Of a stretch of DNA of 64,000 nucleotides, positions 1 to 13,784 are shown piece by piece. This stretch comes from Eledone cirrhosa (Eukaryota), in assembly GCA_964016885.1 (NCBI GenBank), contig OZ024740.1, forward strand, positions 250,666,001-250,730,000, written 5' to 3'. A program made the position numbers and the translations under genes. Below the pieces are notes generated by a model. The model did not search any database and was not told the DNA's origin. It saw only the letters and a program-made list of their open reading frames with translations. Within the stretch, counting starts at the first letter, position 1. Each line of letters begins with the position of its first letter.

Positions 1-819
1 GGCTTTCCCGTCTTTCCACCAACGAACGTATTTTCAACGACCATTCCACTTATTACAATGAAGCTCTTGCTCGAAGTGGATTTGTCGATAAGGTAGCATA
101 TACAGAGTACGAAAATAGACCTAGAAGTAATAGACCCCGTCGCATTTGTTGGTATAACCCACCATATAATATGGAGGTGGCCACACCATTAGCTAAGATC
201 TTTCTTTCCCTTATTACGAAGTATTTCCCCCTACACATAAATATAGTAAAATTTTTATAGAAATACTATTAAAATTTCTTACTCTACGACTCCTAACCTT
301 GCACATAACATCACAGCTTCAAATTTAGCTAAACTACCTAGCCGTAGGAACACGTGCAACCCTGTAGTTAGTACTAACTGTAATTGCAGGAATCGGGCTG
401 ATTGCCCCCTATCCGGGAAATGCCTCTCTAGTAACATTGTCTACAAATGTAAGGTTGTAACACCCACGTCCCGTAGGGCCTACATAGGGTTAACCGCCAA
501 TAGTTTCAAGCAGCGTCTTTACATGCATACCCATTCTTTTCGTTACCCTCTTAGAAGGAATATGACGTCACTTTCAGCTTATATCTGGAGTCTAAAAGAC
601 AACCACACCCAATATAAGTTACACTGGGAGATCCTAGCTAGGGCTAGATCGTATAACGGAAATAAAAGACCATGTGACCTCTGCGCCGCTGAGGCCCTGG
701 AAATACTCTACGCCACAGACCACATCTTAAACAAAAAATCTGAGGCAATTTCGGCTTGTAAACATAAATTGCACAAAACTTTCCTGTATTACAGCCCCAC
801 GTTATACCCTAACGGATAG
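1..819 (+). pseudogene. Penelope-like retroelement (probably Naiad-type): RT thumb/linker plus C-terminal GIY-YIG endonuclease, frameshifted; runs off the left edge
   Basis: Translation gives LSRLSTNERIF...RICWYNPPY...KYFP, then CNCRNRADCPLSGKCLSSNIVYKC...AYIGLTANSFKQR...LSAYIWSLK...CDLC...LNKKSE...CKH, the GIY-YIG and Cys/His pattern of PLEs. Confidence 0.9.
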
Positions 820-1798
820 TACGATCTATACGTGGATATTTTACGTCTCGATGTGGGAGCTAAGTATATGTTTTGTTTATACCTTTACTTATTTGCATAG
901 GTAAGTATATATTACCCGTATGTTTTGTGAAGGTACGTATACCTTCTCGTACGTATATTTGATTGGTATGGCGTATAATTTTATATATTCTGGTACATAT
1001 GGTTTGGCTATGTGTATACGGGAGTTTTGCGTCTGTGTGAGTATGCAGGTTCGTACGTATGGCGGGTGTGTGTATATGTGCACTTCATGTTTTGGTTGAC
1101 TTATGTCTCCGAACATTCGTGTGTTTATATGAAGGTATGTGTGTGCTTGTTATATACGTATTTATTTATTTATATACGTTTATATAATTATTTATTTATT
1201 TGTATACACGCATACACACACACATATTTATATGTGCGGGGTTTTGTATACCTATGGTAAGTTTTTGCGTATGCTCGTGTATGTACGTATTTGTTTGCGT
1301 GTATGTATTTATTTATTTCTATTACTTCTGTATTGTATTTATTTACTTTGTTCTTAACTCTGTAGCGGAGATTCATTTGGTCTCCTTGTTAGAATTTTAG
1401 TCTATGACTTCTGCTATACCATTTACGTGGTTTTGTCTTTGCGTGCTATTGTTCTCCACGCTCCACATATGACGTATTATCATCGTTTTTTCGATCATTG
1501 CCAGAGAACGTCTCTATGCACCACCTAAGAGAACATTAATCTACGACCTCTTTTATACCATAAACGTGGTTCTGCCTTTGCGCGTAATTGTTTTTCACCG
1601 CTCCTATTAATGACGTATTATATTCGTGTTTTCCCGTTCCTTGCCAGCGAACGTTTCCACGAACCAAAGTATCGTCTTCCTGTCTTCCCCCGGTTGCAAC
1701 GGTTTTTGAAATATCCAGTTCTGCGTTTACAGATTGACTTTGTTAGTTTCAGAAGGTGAAAGCAGCGATTCTTTGCTTAAACTTTAATCTGTTATTTA

Positions 1799-1803
<5 letters not shown>
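820..1803 (+). mobile_element. 3' UTR / pLTR of the Penelope-like element, ending in (TA)n
   Basis: Follows the GIY-YIG stop. Homologous sequence recurs at about 9130-9700 (-), 15844-16000, 16283-17460 (+), 18470-18760, 23080-23214 and 57820-58057. Ends with a hammerhead-like motif. Confidence 0.8.
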
Positions 1804-1862
<59 letters not shown>

Positions 1863-2033
1863 ATACTTGGGGAGGGTCATATTTGTGTAATATTGCCAGA
1901 ATTAAAAAAACCTCGCAAATATATATATATATATATGTACAAAGTGTTAATATTAGGTTATATATGATATGATTCCATATATGATATGATATGTTTATAC
2001 ATATATATATATGATATACATTTGATATGATAT

Positions 2034-2068
<35 letters not shown>

Positions 2069-2102
2069 AAAAAAAACATATATATATATGAATATATAAA
2101 TA

Positions 2103-2320
2103 CAGTAATCCCCCGTTTATCGCGGGAAATACGTTGCAGAACCAACCGAGATAAATGAAAATCCGCGATATATAGAGACCATAAAGACAACCTTTATTTT
2201 CATAGTTTAAGCCTTGAAATTCCTCTCCTACACGCTTTAAGTACATATAAACACATTAAAACACATTTTTATATTTAAACACCAAAAACAGCCAGTAACG
2301 ATCATATAGAAACTAACACC
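2103..2320 (+). mobile_element. One end of a Tc1/mariner-pogo (Tigger-like) DNA transposon or MITE
   Basis: TA followed by CAGTAATCCCCCGTTTATCGCGG, resembling Tigger-type termini. The partner TIR was not found. Confidence 0.45.
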
Positions 2321-2565
2321 AATCATCGTGCCACTAGTTACCAATGACAACCATTAACAACCACGTTAGCTGCTTGGTAATACATTGCATATCTCCCGTC
2401 AAAGACTCAGGCGTAGACTATTCCATTCAGATCCGCTTAAGGTGAAACATTTGTCTCGGTATGGTGAACTAACTCTTGTGGAACTACTTATACCAAACTC
2501 GTCCCATGGACTGAGTGCACTACTACTATGGATATAACTATATAACTCTACAATGTTCTACTATA

Positions 2566-2605
<40 letters not shown>

Positions 2606-2654
2606 GGAAAAAATGAAACGAAATTTCATTTCTCACTCTTAGTACGGATGTTAC

Positions 2655-2975
2655 TTAAATATAAGTATGTACACGTACATACATATATGTATACAGACGT
2701 ACAGTAGTATGTATATATATATACATACATGCACACATATATATATGTACGTATGGATTCACCGAACATTTATTATAAAGCTCGGTGTGTTTGTAAACAA
2801 ACATCCCGTATTAAGCCGTAGTGTCCAGCAACCATCGTTGCTCGTTTGTTCAACACTGACACAGGAACGCTGTACTAGTTTCATATATATATGTGTGCAT
2901 GTATGTATAAATATATACATACTACTGTACGTCTGTATACATATATGTATGTACGTGTACATACTTATATTTATA
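2655..2975 (-). repeat. Short dispersed element: ~140-bp structured core between ~90-bp inverted arms
   Basis: 2655-2745 is the reverse complement of ~2883-2975. The core is homologous to ~22795-22912. Confidence 0.7.
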
Positions 2976-2988
2976 TATATACACATAA

Positions 2989-3068
<80 letters not shown>

Positions 3069-3289
3069 TTAACCGTTGGTCAACCAATGATATACATTGA
3101 TTGCCAGATAAATTAACTATGGAGAAGCGAAAACCAACCCAAACCAAACAATAAGTGTGTTCTGTTATTATTTCTGCCAATATTATAACAATATGACCCT
3201 CCCCTAGTACAACGATATTTGTTTCGACACACGATTTCACATCAAAAACCTTGCAAAACAAATTCATCGCCGTCACGGCACCAGCCTAT

Positions 3290-3910
3290 GCCAAACTGAA
3301 AGTTTATTGAAAGACACTGTTTTCTGTTATATAAAAATTACAATAACAACAGAACAAATTCGCTTCTTAAAACACTGTGTTTCCTTCAAACATCTGTGTT
3401 TCCTGCAAACATCTTAAAACAAGTAAATAATTTACTACTAAACGCCTAAAACACACGTTAACGGTCAATATGAAAAGAATAACATAACAAAATTAACGAA
3501 CTTTACAAACAGAAACACGTTAACGTTAAGGAAATTCAAAATCTCACTACACCATACGAGATAAATAAACTCATGAATATCATTCGACATAAAACGAAAT
3601 ATGCTCAAAACGAATGCAATAAGCATTTCAATAAGAAATCAAGATGGATGAAGGACAAAAAAAAGAACAGGAAAAGAGAAAAGAAAACTTACAAAAATAT
3701 CCTGACAAGATCGACAATATCTGTATGACAGATGTCACTTTACCTACAGAGTTTACCAAAGACTATACGCTAAACATCTATGGTAACACTAAAACCAGCG
3801 AACCAGAACAAAAAATTCTACGACTTCCATCAAAGTTCGTTGTATATAACAAAGTAAAACCAGTACAATGCCTGTCGGGGATTGAAATGTCCTTCACTAA
3901 AATACATTGA
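3290..3910 (+). pseudogene. Decayed N-terminal fragment of a Penelope-like ORF
   Basis: IYGNTKTSEPEQKILRLPSKFVVY...IEMSFTKI resembles the region upstream of the PLE RT. It contains stops. Confidence 0.5.
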
Positions 3911-3959
3911 AACGCGAACATAAATAACAATACGAACAACAATAATAATAATAACGAAA

Positions 3960-4140
3960 GTAGTAATATGATTTCTTTATTGGCCACAAGGGCTGACATC
4001 AAGAAAAACATTACAGACGGCACAGGACGGTACAGGACGGTACGATGTGGGTTTTGTGCGTGTAAATATTTTTATTATTTATATAAGAAAAGAAAAAGAA
4101 AAAGGACAGAAACATATCTAATATATATTTGTGAAATGGT
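3960..4140 (-). mobile_element. 3' UTR stub of a Tx1-like element
   Basis: TTTCTTTATTGGCCACAAGGG...ACAGGACGGTAC matches the 3' ends at 42091 and 48037. Confidence 0.7.
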
Positions 4141-4531
4141 CGGTGGTTGAAATTCAAATGTGCACGGTTAAATGGTAGTAGACGTGGTCGGACTGACATG
4201 AAAATTTACACACCTATGTAAAAAGTGCCAAGGAAGCAAATAGATGAGGTTTCAAATCTCGAATTTGAAAAATGTGGTCCCTGGGGCTCCAAAACTATCG
4301 CGTTCGGTGAGTTATTTCCCCCTGTCTTTCATAATCATCGACATTGTTATTTCGCTGTTAATAAACTATCATCCTTCTACATCTAACGATCATACAGTAC
4401 CGTTTTATGAAATCGATTCTGCAGTACGGTCACTGTTTTCCATCAAAAGAAATAAAACCCTTGGCGACACTTGGTTTTAGTGCCCTAAATTATCATCATC
4501 GACATTCAATTATTAGCTCCACCCACTACAG

Positions 4532-5225
4532 GATACGTCACGAAGGTAAATGTTTCGAAAAAATTTTAATCTGTATATCGCAACAATATATTGTTTAAAG
4601 AAATTTTTTTTTCTGTTGTTAAAAACTGTAAATCTGTTTTTAAAAAAATGTATTTCGCAGCAATTTTTTTTCTGTTAAAAACTGTAAATAAATATTCATG
4701 TAAAAATGAAGCATAGTGTTTCGGTTAAATACATTTTTTTTAAAACAGATTTACAGTTTTAAACAACAGAAAAAAAAATTTATTTAAACAATATATTGTT
4801 GCGATATACAGTTTAAAATTTTTTCGAAACATTTACCTTCGTGTCGTATCGTGTGTTAAAAAAAATGTATTTCGCAGCAATTTTTTTTTCTGTTAAAAAC
4901 TGTAAATAAATATTCATGTAAAAATGAAGCATACATTTTTTTAAACAGATTTACAGTTTTAAACAACAGAAACAAAATTGCTTTAAATAATATATTGTTG
5001 CGATATACAGTTTAAATTTTTTTCGAAACATTTACCTTCGTGACGTATCGTGTGTTAAAAAGAAAATGTATTTCGCAGCAATTTTTTTTCTGTTAAAAAC
5101 TGTAAATAAATATTCATGCAAAAATGAAGTATAGTGTTTCGGTTAAAAACTTAAAAACTGTAAATAAATATTCATGTAAAAATGTAGCATAGTTTTTCTG
5201 TGAAAAACTGTAAATAAATATTTAT
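4532..5225. repeat. Complex local array of inverted and direct repeats, AT-rich
   Basis: The ~120-bp unit at 4532-4655 reappears inverted at ~4728-4850 and ~4932-5050. It alternates with direct copies of AAAACTGTAAATAAATATTCATG. Confidence 0.85.
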
Positions 5226-5439
5226 TTTGTTCAAAAAATAAATCAAAAACCTAATTTTCTCTGTTAATAAATATTTATTCTAAAAATTCAATGTTTTTTC
5301 GTGTAAAAATGAAGCATGTAAGAAAATAACATGTAAAAATCAAGCAGCAGCAGCAGTTGATGACGTGTCGTGACGTCATATAAAAAGCATATAACGATAT
5401 GTGCTTTTACAATTCTCCAGAGAAGCCGGAAGATGGGTA

Positions 5440-5484
5440 AATATTGCTGATGAGATGTAATAACATCGAAACTAGTCCAATATT
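5440..5484 (+). ncRNA. Type I hammerhead ribozyme, canonical core
   Basis: AATATTG-CTGATGA-GATGT(AATA)ACATC-GAAA-CTAG-TC-CAATATT. Perfect 7-bp stem I, 5-bp stem II, palindromic minimal stem III (ACTAGT), GUC site at 5475-5477. Stem I extends to about 5412/5506. Confidence 0.9.
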
Positions 5485-5703
5485 CCTGTCTGGCCCTCTG
5501 GAGAATAGAGGAAATGTGTTTCCTTGAAAACTCGTATGACTCTAAAACCCGGTCCGCCTGTGTGGTTACATACAGACTAGCTGACACTCACTGTAAAGTG
5601 TCTAGTGAAAAGCTGAGTACATGTACATATGTATACATGTGTGTATTTATATGCATACTAATACTTCCGTATACATATGTAGATGTACACTTTAACTTAA
5701 TTG

Positions 5704-8072
<2,369 letters not shown>

Positions 8073-8084
8073 TTTTTGATACCC

Positions 8085-8135
8085 AGATTCCTGATGATTT
8101 CTAAAGAATGAAACAGTTCTAGTCCTGTAGAATCT
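8085..8135 (+). ncRNA. Type I hammerhead ribozyme-like motif with defective or bulged stem I
   Basis: AGATTC-CTGATGA-TTTC(TAAA)GAAT-GAAA-C..G-TC-ctgta-GAATCT. Core boxes and GUC site are intact, with 5 unpaired nt after the cleavage site. Confidence 0.65.
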
Positions 8136-8221
8136 CATCTATATTAAAACTTTTATACTCTGCAATGTATTGAGTACCTTACTTACTGTGGTTACCTCCG
8201 ATTCAATCCGGAATAACGTAC

Positions 8222-8291
<70 letters not shown>

Positions 8292-8423
8292 CGAAGGAAA
8301 TGTGGTAAGGAACCAGGTGGACCAAAACGCACCAAAGTACTCAATACTTGGGGTAGTAGAGTGGGTAATAGGAACCAGTAAGACCCCGACAGCTGAGCTC
8401 AAGCCGTTTCGACGGCTAATTCT

Positions 8424-8466
<43 letters not shown>

Positions 8467-8868
8467 GCTTTAATAAAAAAAATATCAACTGTAATGTATG
8501 TATGCATGTATTTATGTGTTTATATAGCGGGGATATGAAAGTAAATCTTCATATATTTCAGCATATCAGCATATATATCAGCATATATTTGAAAGTTTTC
8601 AGGGAGTTGAATTACTGATTTTGGATCGGCAGCTTTAGCTTTGAAAAAATGAAATGTGCAGTGTAAAACATTTTTTATTATTCCTCCGGGGATGAATCTT
8701 CTCTGCATTTTTCCATCTCTTTCTTTCTCTCTGGAAGAAATCAGCCGTAGTAAGACCTTAAAAAATGGTTAGATACACCATGACGCACCGTGCATCACGG
8801 TGGAGTTGAAAAGCAGACTCAGAACATGGCGTTGTGTGGGGGTGGCTTGCAGCCCAATGTTCCAGGAG

Positions 8869-8919
8869 GAGAAGAAGAAGAAGAAGAAGAAGAAGAAGAA
8901 GAAGAAGAAGAAGAAGAAG

Positions 8920-8949
<30 letters not shown>
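8869..8949 (+). repeat. (GAA)n microsatellite, possibly the tail of a short LINE 3' fragment starting near 8750
   Basis: Pure GAA run preceded by a GC-richer ~120-bp segment. Confidence 0.8.
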
Positions 8950-8950
<1 letters not shown>

Positions 8951-9129
8951 GAGCTGGAGTCCTATTAAATATGTAGGTTGTGTCTTAAATTGAAGGTTTA
9001 GTAGAAACAATTCATGTATAGTTTTGTACTTTTCTTTTTGTCATTCATATATAAACAAATCTACTATATAAATTGGAAGTGGTTGGACGTTGTATATGTA
9101 GGTGTAGTCGGATAAACGTCGAAACGGCT

Positions 9130-9700
9130 TGGTGGAATGCAGCGAAAATTTACACAGTTATGCAGAATGACCCGAGGAGGCGTTGGGTCGACTTTCAAGT
9201 TACAATCTTTCATGGTTACGGAGAAAATCGATGAAACAGGAATTTCCCATTCAAATTGAACTGAGAGTAATCTGTGAACGCAGAAGTAATTATTTCGAGA
9301 AACGTTGCAACCGAACGAAAACTGGAAGACGATATTTTGGTTCGTGAAGACGTTCCCTGGCAATGAACGGGGAAAAAGCGAGGATAATACGTCGTTATGT
9401 GGAGCATAAGGAACAATTTTATGCAAAGACAAGACCAAGTTTATGGTATAAATGGAGTCGTTAGACTAATATTCTATTTAAAATAACAGAATGATTTCCA
9501 GCCCCGGAGTTTAAGAATGATGTAAATAAAATTGTAAACGAAAATGACAGAGGTTATTAAAATAGTAAAAGTAAATAGTGAAGATTTAGGCCAGTACATA
9601 CGTATGCCCCGACGGACATACACATACATACGCACACACAAATACATACCCCCCCCCCCCCCACACCCCACACACACACGAACGCACGCGCGTATGTTTA
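9130..9700 (-). mobile_element. Penelope-like 3' UTR/pLTR fragment
   Basis: Its reverse complement matches ~1200-1735 and ~16680-17290. Confidence 0.75.
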
Positions 9701-9704
9701 AACC

Positions 9705-10138
9705 TTATGCATTTCTACTGTATTTTCACCAAACTTAAGACATAGGTTACTTATGTACTCCGGATGGTCATGGGCACTATCATTTTTCCATATATTGATT
9801 ATAGGGCCCCCCGGCAGATAACCCCTTTAACCACTTTAACCACTTCCTTGGAGTCGACTGAAGCACTGCAGTGCAATGCAACAAAACGTCATAACTTCTG
9901 GAGTTCGCAACCGATTTTCACAAAAAATGACACATGGGCTACGTTTGTCCTACAGATGAATGTGAACTCTCAGAATTGGCACATATTGGGTAGGGGACCC
10001 CTGGGAGCAGGAACCCTCTTTTGGAAAAAGCCGATGATTTTGTAAAAGTATAGTTTTCGAAGCAGCACTGAAATATTGACATACATGGTATACACAATTG
10101 CTATTTAATATCCGAGCAGCGCCGGGTACCTCTGCTAG
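9705..10138 (+). mobile_element. Non-autonomous Helitron, 3' portion
   Basis: Ends in a CCGAGCAGCGCCGG hairpin then TCTGCTAG|T, nearly the same as the Helitron terminus at 34080. The 5' limit is uncertain. Confidence 0.7.
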
Positions 10139-10154
10139 TATATATATATATATA

Positions 10155-13100
10155 AACAATAAAAATTAAATCCAAACAATGAAAAATTCCCCAATAGGGG
10201 AAAAACCTCCGAGGTTTACTCGTGGCGAAAACCACACAAAAGACCACGGCCACCCTGACCACCAGGGCAAGCGCACTCTCTCAATTTTTCCATTTCTTAA
10301 ACTACAGGCGTATATTCAGAGCGGTCTCGTTCACTCGGACCATTCTCGCTGCATTCACCCACCTTTCAACAAACTTGCGAGAAGACACGACTTGCCTCTC
10401 CACCCTGATTTTCCTCTTCAAGTGAAACTTGAAAAAGTTAATTAGGGATTCGCCGAAGAGGAAAGTGTCTGTCTTTAACCCTTTCAACCTTGTCCACCAC
10501 ACAATCTCTTTCGCCATGGCCACCAGGCAAATGTAAACAGCCTGCCCTTCCTCCTCGAAGGAAGACGACAAGACCATCTGTACAATGGACTCGGTCGATA
10601 ACCGGATCAGTCCTACACGCGACAGCAACTGTTCGACATAGCTCCACAAGTCAGCAATGCTCGGGCACTGAACCAGTGCATACACGACGGTTTCGTCGCT
10701 CTGCGCGCATCTCGGACAGGCTCAGCTGACGGCACTTCTGTGCCTGTAGAGCTTATCTCGAACCGGCAACGCTCTCCGGTAGCACTGCCAGGCCAGGGAT
10801 GTTTGAAAGTTATCCATAGACCCTGGGCTGAAAGTTCTCCGGAAGAGAGCAAACAGTTGATTTTCTTCGACGCCCAGGATCTCTCCGAGAACGGCGTCGT
10901 TCTTCCCCTCCAGTAGTCCTCTATGGAACGCCGAGGTGGATGTTCCACCGATACTGGTGCCCAGCTGGCAGAGGGCGGTGAGCGCCTGGAGACATTCCAG
11001 TTTCCAAGCGCTATTCCTCGGTGTTTTCCTGACCCAAGACTGCAGCTCCGTCAAAGAGACGAGCTGTGGGAAAACGTGCCTGGCGAACGGCGACCACACA
11101 TGTTCACCGTCAAAGAAGCACCAGAGATGTCGCAGCCTCAACGCATGTTTGCGCATCATCAGCCATGGTATGCCCAGTCCTCCAGGCAACGGATGTTGAC
11201 AGTAGGTGGATCGTCTGACCATGTGAGCGCGTCCCTTCCACAAAAAGCGGAAGAGAAGGCGCTCCATTTTGGTGAGAGTTGGGCCGGGGCAAGGGACGAC
11301 GGTGAGGCGGTAGCAGATGACGGATGCGATGTACGCATTCGCCACCTCCGCCCGGCCTTTCAGGGACAGCTTCCTCTCGGCCCATTTCTGGGTGAGGGAG
11401 GCCACCCTGCTCGTCACCTCGCTCCAGTTTTTCTCCATCTGGAGGTCCGGTCCGAACCAGACCCCGAGCAATTTAACCGGTCCGTCCGTGCAACACTACA
11501 CGACGCTGTCGGACGGAATGGACTTGCCTCTCCAGGTGCCGAGGTGCAAGCTCACTGACTTTTCCTGGTTTTTCTTTGCTCCTGTCACCGCTTCGTATTC
11601 CTTGAGAGCGGTCCCGAGCATCTGGACGTGTCTGGTGTTCGACACCACCAAGGTGACGTCGTCGGTGTAAGCCGACTCGGATTCCCCGCATCCTAGTTCG
11701 CGTGGGACGCCCCTAATCGCCCCCAGTTTGTGCAGTAACGGCTCGAAAGCCAGTACGTACAAGAGGGACGAGAGGGGACAACCCTGGTGGACCGAGCGCA
11801 TGATGCTGAACGGCTGCGACAGGTGACCGTTCACCCCCACAACTGAGCAGGTGTCGCTGTACATCGCAGCGTTCCAACCCCTGAAAACGGGCCCGAAACC
11901 GGCTGCCTCGAGGACCGCCGCCAGGTACCGATGGTCGACCCTATCGAATGCTTTGGATTGATCTAAGTTGATCAGGGCCCCACCCGTTCCAGATTCCTTA
12001 ACCACGCTCTCTACAATGTATTGCATGAGGTGGAGGTTGTCGTGGATGGATCTGTCCAGAATGGCGCATATCTGCGCCTCTCCCACCTGTCCCCCGACGA
12101 TAAGCACCAACCTCCTTGCTCACACCTTGGCCAAAATCTTGAACTCTGCGTTTAGCAGGGTTATGGGCCTGAAGCTATCGATAACATGCCTCTTGTTCGG
12201 GTCTTTTCTCAGCAGCGCCACCGCTCCCCGGCTCACAAAATTGCGAATAGTCCCGCTCTGCTGTCACTTGCAGTAGACGTCTGCCAGTTGCAGTAGAAGT
12301 CTGGCATAAATGCATAATGCTCGTAGGGCAGACCATCCAAACCTGGCAATTTACCCCTCGTGCAGTTAACCATCGCTTCCCGTATTTCACCGGCTGTTAT
12401 TGGCTTTTCGCAACACTGTGCTGCGGTAGTCGAGAGCCGAGGCTGTCCGTCGAGGTATGCACTGAAGTCCATACCCCGATCCGGCCCGCCACTGCTCCCG
12501 AACAGTTCAGCAAAGTGCTGCTGAAGAGCCTCACACATCTGCTCGGGTTCGAGCAACACACGCCCGTTTTGGTCAGACAAAGACCAAATTGTGGCTTTGT
12601 TGCCACGTCGCGCCTCTGCCACCCGGGCCCATTGGACGACTTTTGTCCCCTCGTGTTTCAGAGCACGCGTTGTAGCTCTGACAACGCAGCCTTCGTCTTT
12701 TGCGTTGAAGAATTGGTCGAGTGCCAATCTCGCCGCAAGCACGTCGGTTGCGATGCCTGTCCTAAACGCCTCTTCTAGCTTTCTGACCAGCTCTCCCTCT
12801 ACTCTACTTTCCTTTATCACTAGTCCTTTGCTAAACCTAATCGACTCTACTTTAATTGCCCTTTTCAGGGCGAACCACCACCTGTTGTTGACAACCACTC
12901 CCGTCAACGCCCGCTTAACGCTAATCCGGTCTCTGTAGGCCTTGCGCGCCGGGAAAGACGCGTTCAGCTTCCAGTAACCGGGTCCTTGTCTATGAAGTCT
13001 GTCTATGTCGATCTCACAGATCACAAATTTGTGGTCTATGAAGTCGACTATTTTAAATTGTGGACAACTTATACTAGCCTTATCTAGTTCTCTGCAGAAT

Positions 13101-13780
13101 ACCCTATCGAGATACGATCAGGATGACCCGATGCGGTTTGTCCATGTCCACATTGGCACATTCGGGTGATCCAGTCGATACCTGTCAGACAGTTCAAAAC
13201 GTCTGAGCAGGATGGTGAGGCTCTTACACCCTCCTCCCCTATACATTAGCCCCACACAATTCCAGCGTGCATCCAAGATACCGTTCCAGTCACCCACTAA
13301 CACTAAAGAGCGGGACGTTCCAAGAAAGGTCTCTAGGCGTCTGAAGAAATCTGGCCGTCCTGCCCCAGCTGGGGCGTAGACGGCTACTAGATTGAAAGCA
13401 TTGCCTTTGCTGCTGGTCACGTCCAGCACCACCGACTTACCTTCTGGGTCCAAGGCGAGATCCAAGCCTCTTCGAAAAAGGAATGCAAACCCCCCCCCCC
13501 GTTCCTGGACGGCTGGGAGATGCGTACACATCATAGCCGCCGAAGATCGGTGCGAAGGCTCGTGCTTCGGAGATTCTGGTCTCGCTGATGGCCACCACAT
13601 CTATGTTTAGTGACTTGAAGTCGTTGAGCAGGTGACCCTGCTTCCAACATGACCCCAGGTCACGTGCATTTATACTGCCTATTCTAAGTACGGCCATGCT
13701 GGATGAGAAACGGGGCAAGTGAGAAAGGGTCACTTACCTTGATCCGTCCCTTTGGCTGGTCATGGGTGTTTCCAATACCA
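10155..13780 (-). mobile_element. Tx1-like non-LTR retrotransposon, copy C: end of ORF1, decayed ORF2 (ATG 13697) and 3' UTR
   Basis: Fragments give MAVLRIGSINAR...VAISET (APE), DQSKAFDRV, QGCPLS, AYTDD (RT) and CPRC...VQC. Many stops and frameshifts. Confidence 0.93.
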
Positions 13781-13784
13781 ACAC

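Noticed and set aside
380-819. Possible selenoprotein (UGA-for-Cys) as reported for some Naiad PLEs
   Set aside because: The visible Cys motifs use TGT/TGC, and I could not identify a SECIS.
2420-2465. Hammerhead-like CAGATCCGCTTAAGGTGAAACATTTGTC
   Set aside because: The CUGANGA box is incomplete and stem I is unconvincing.
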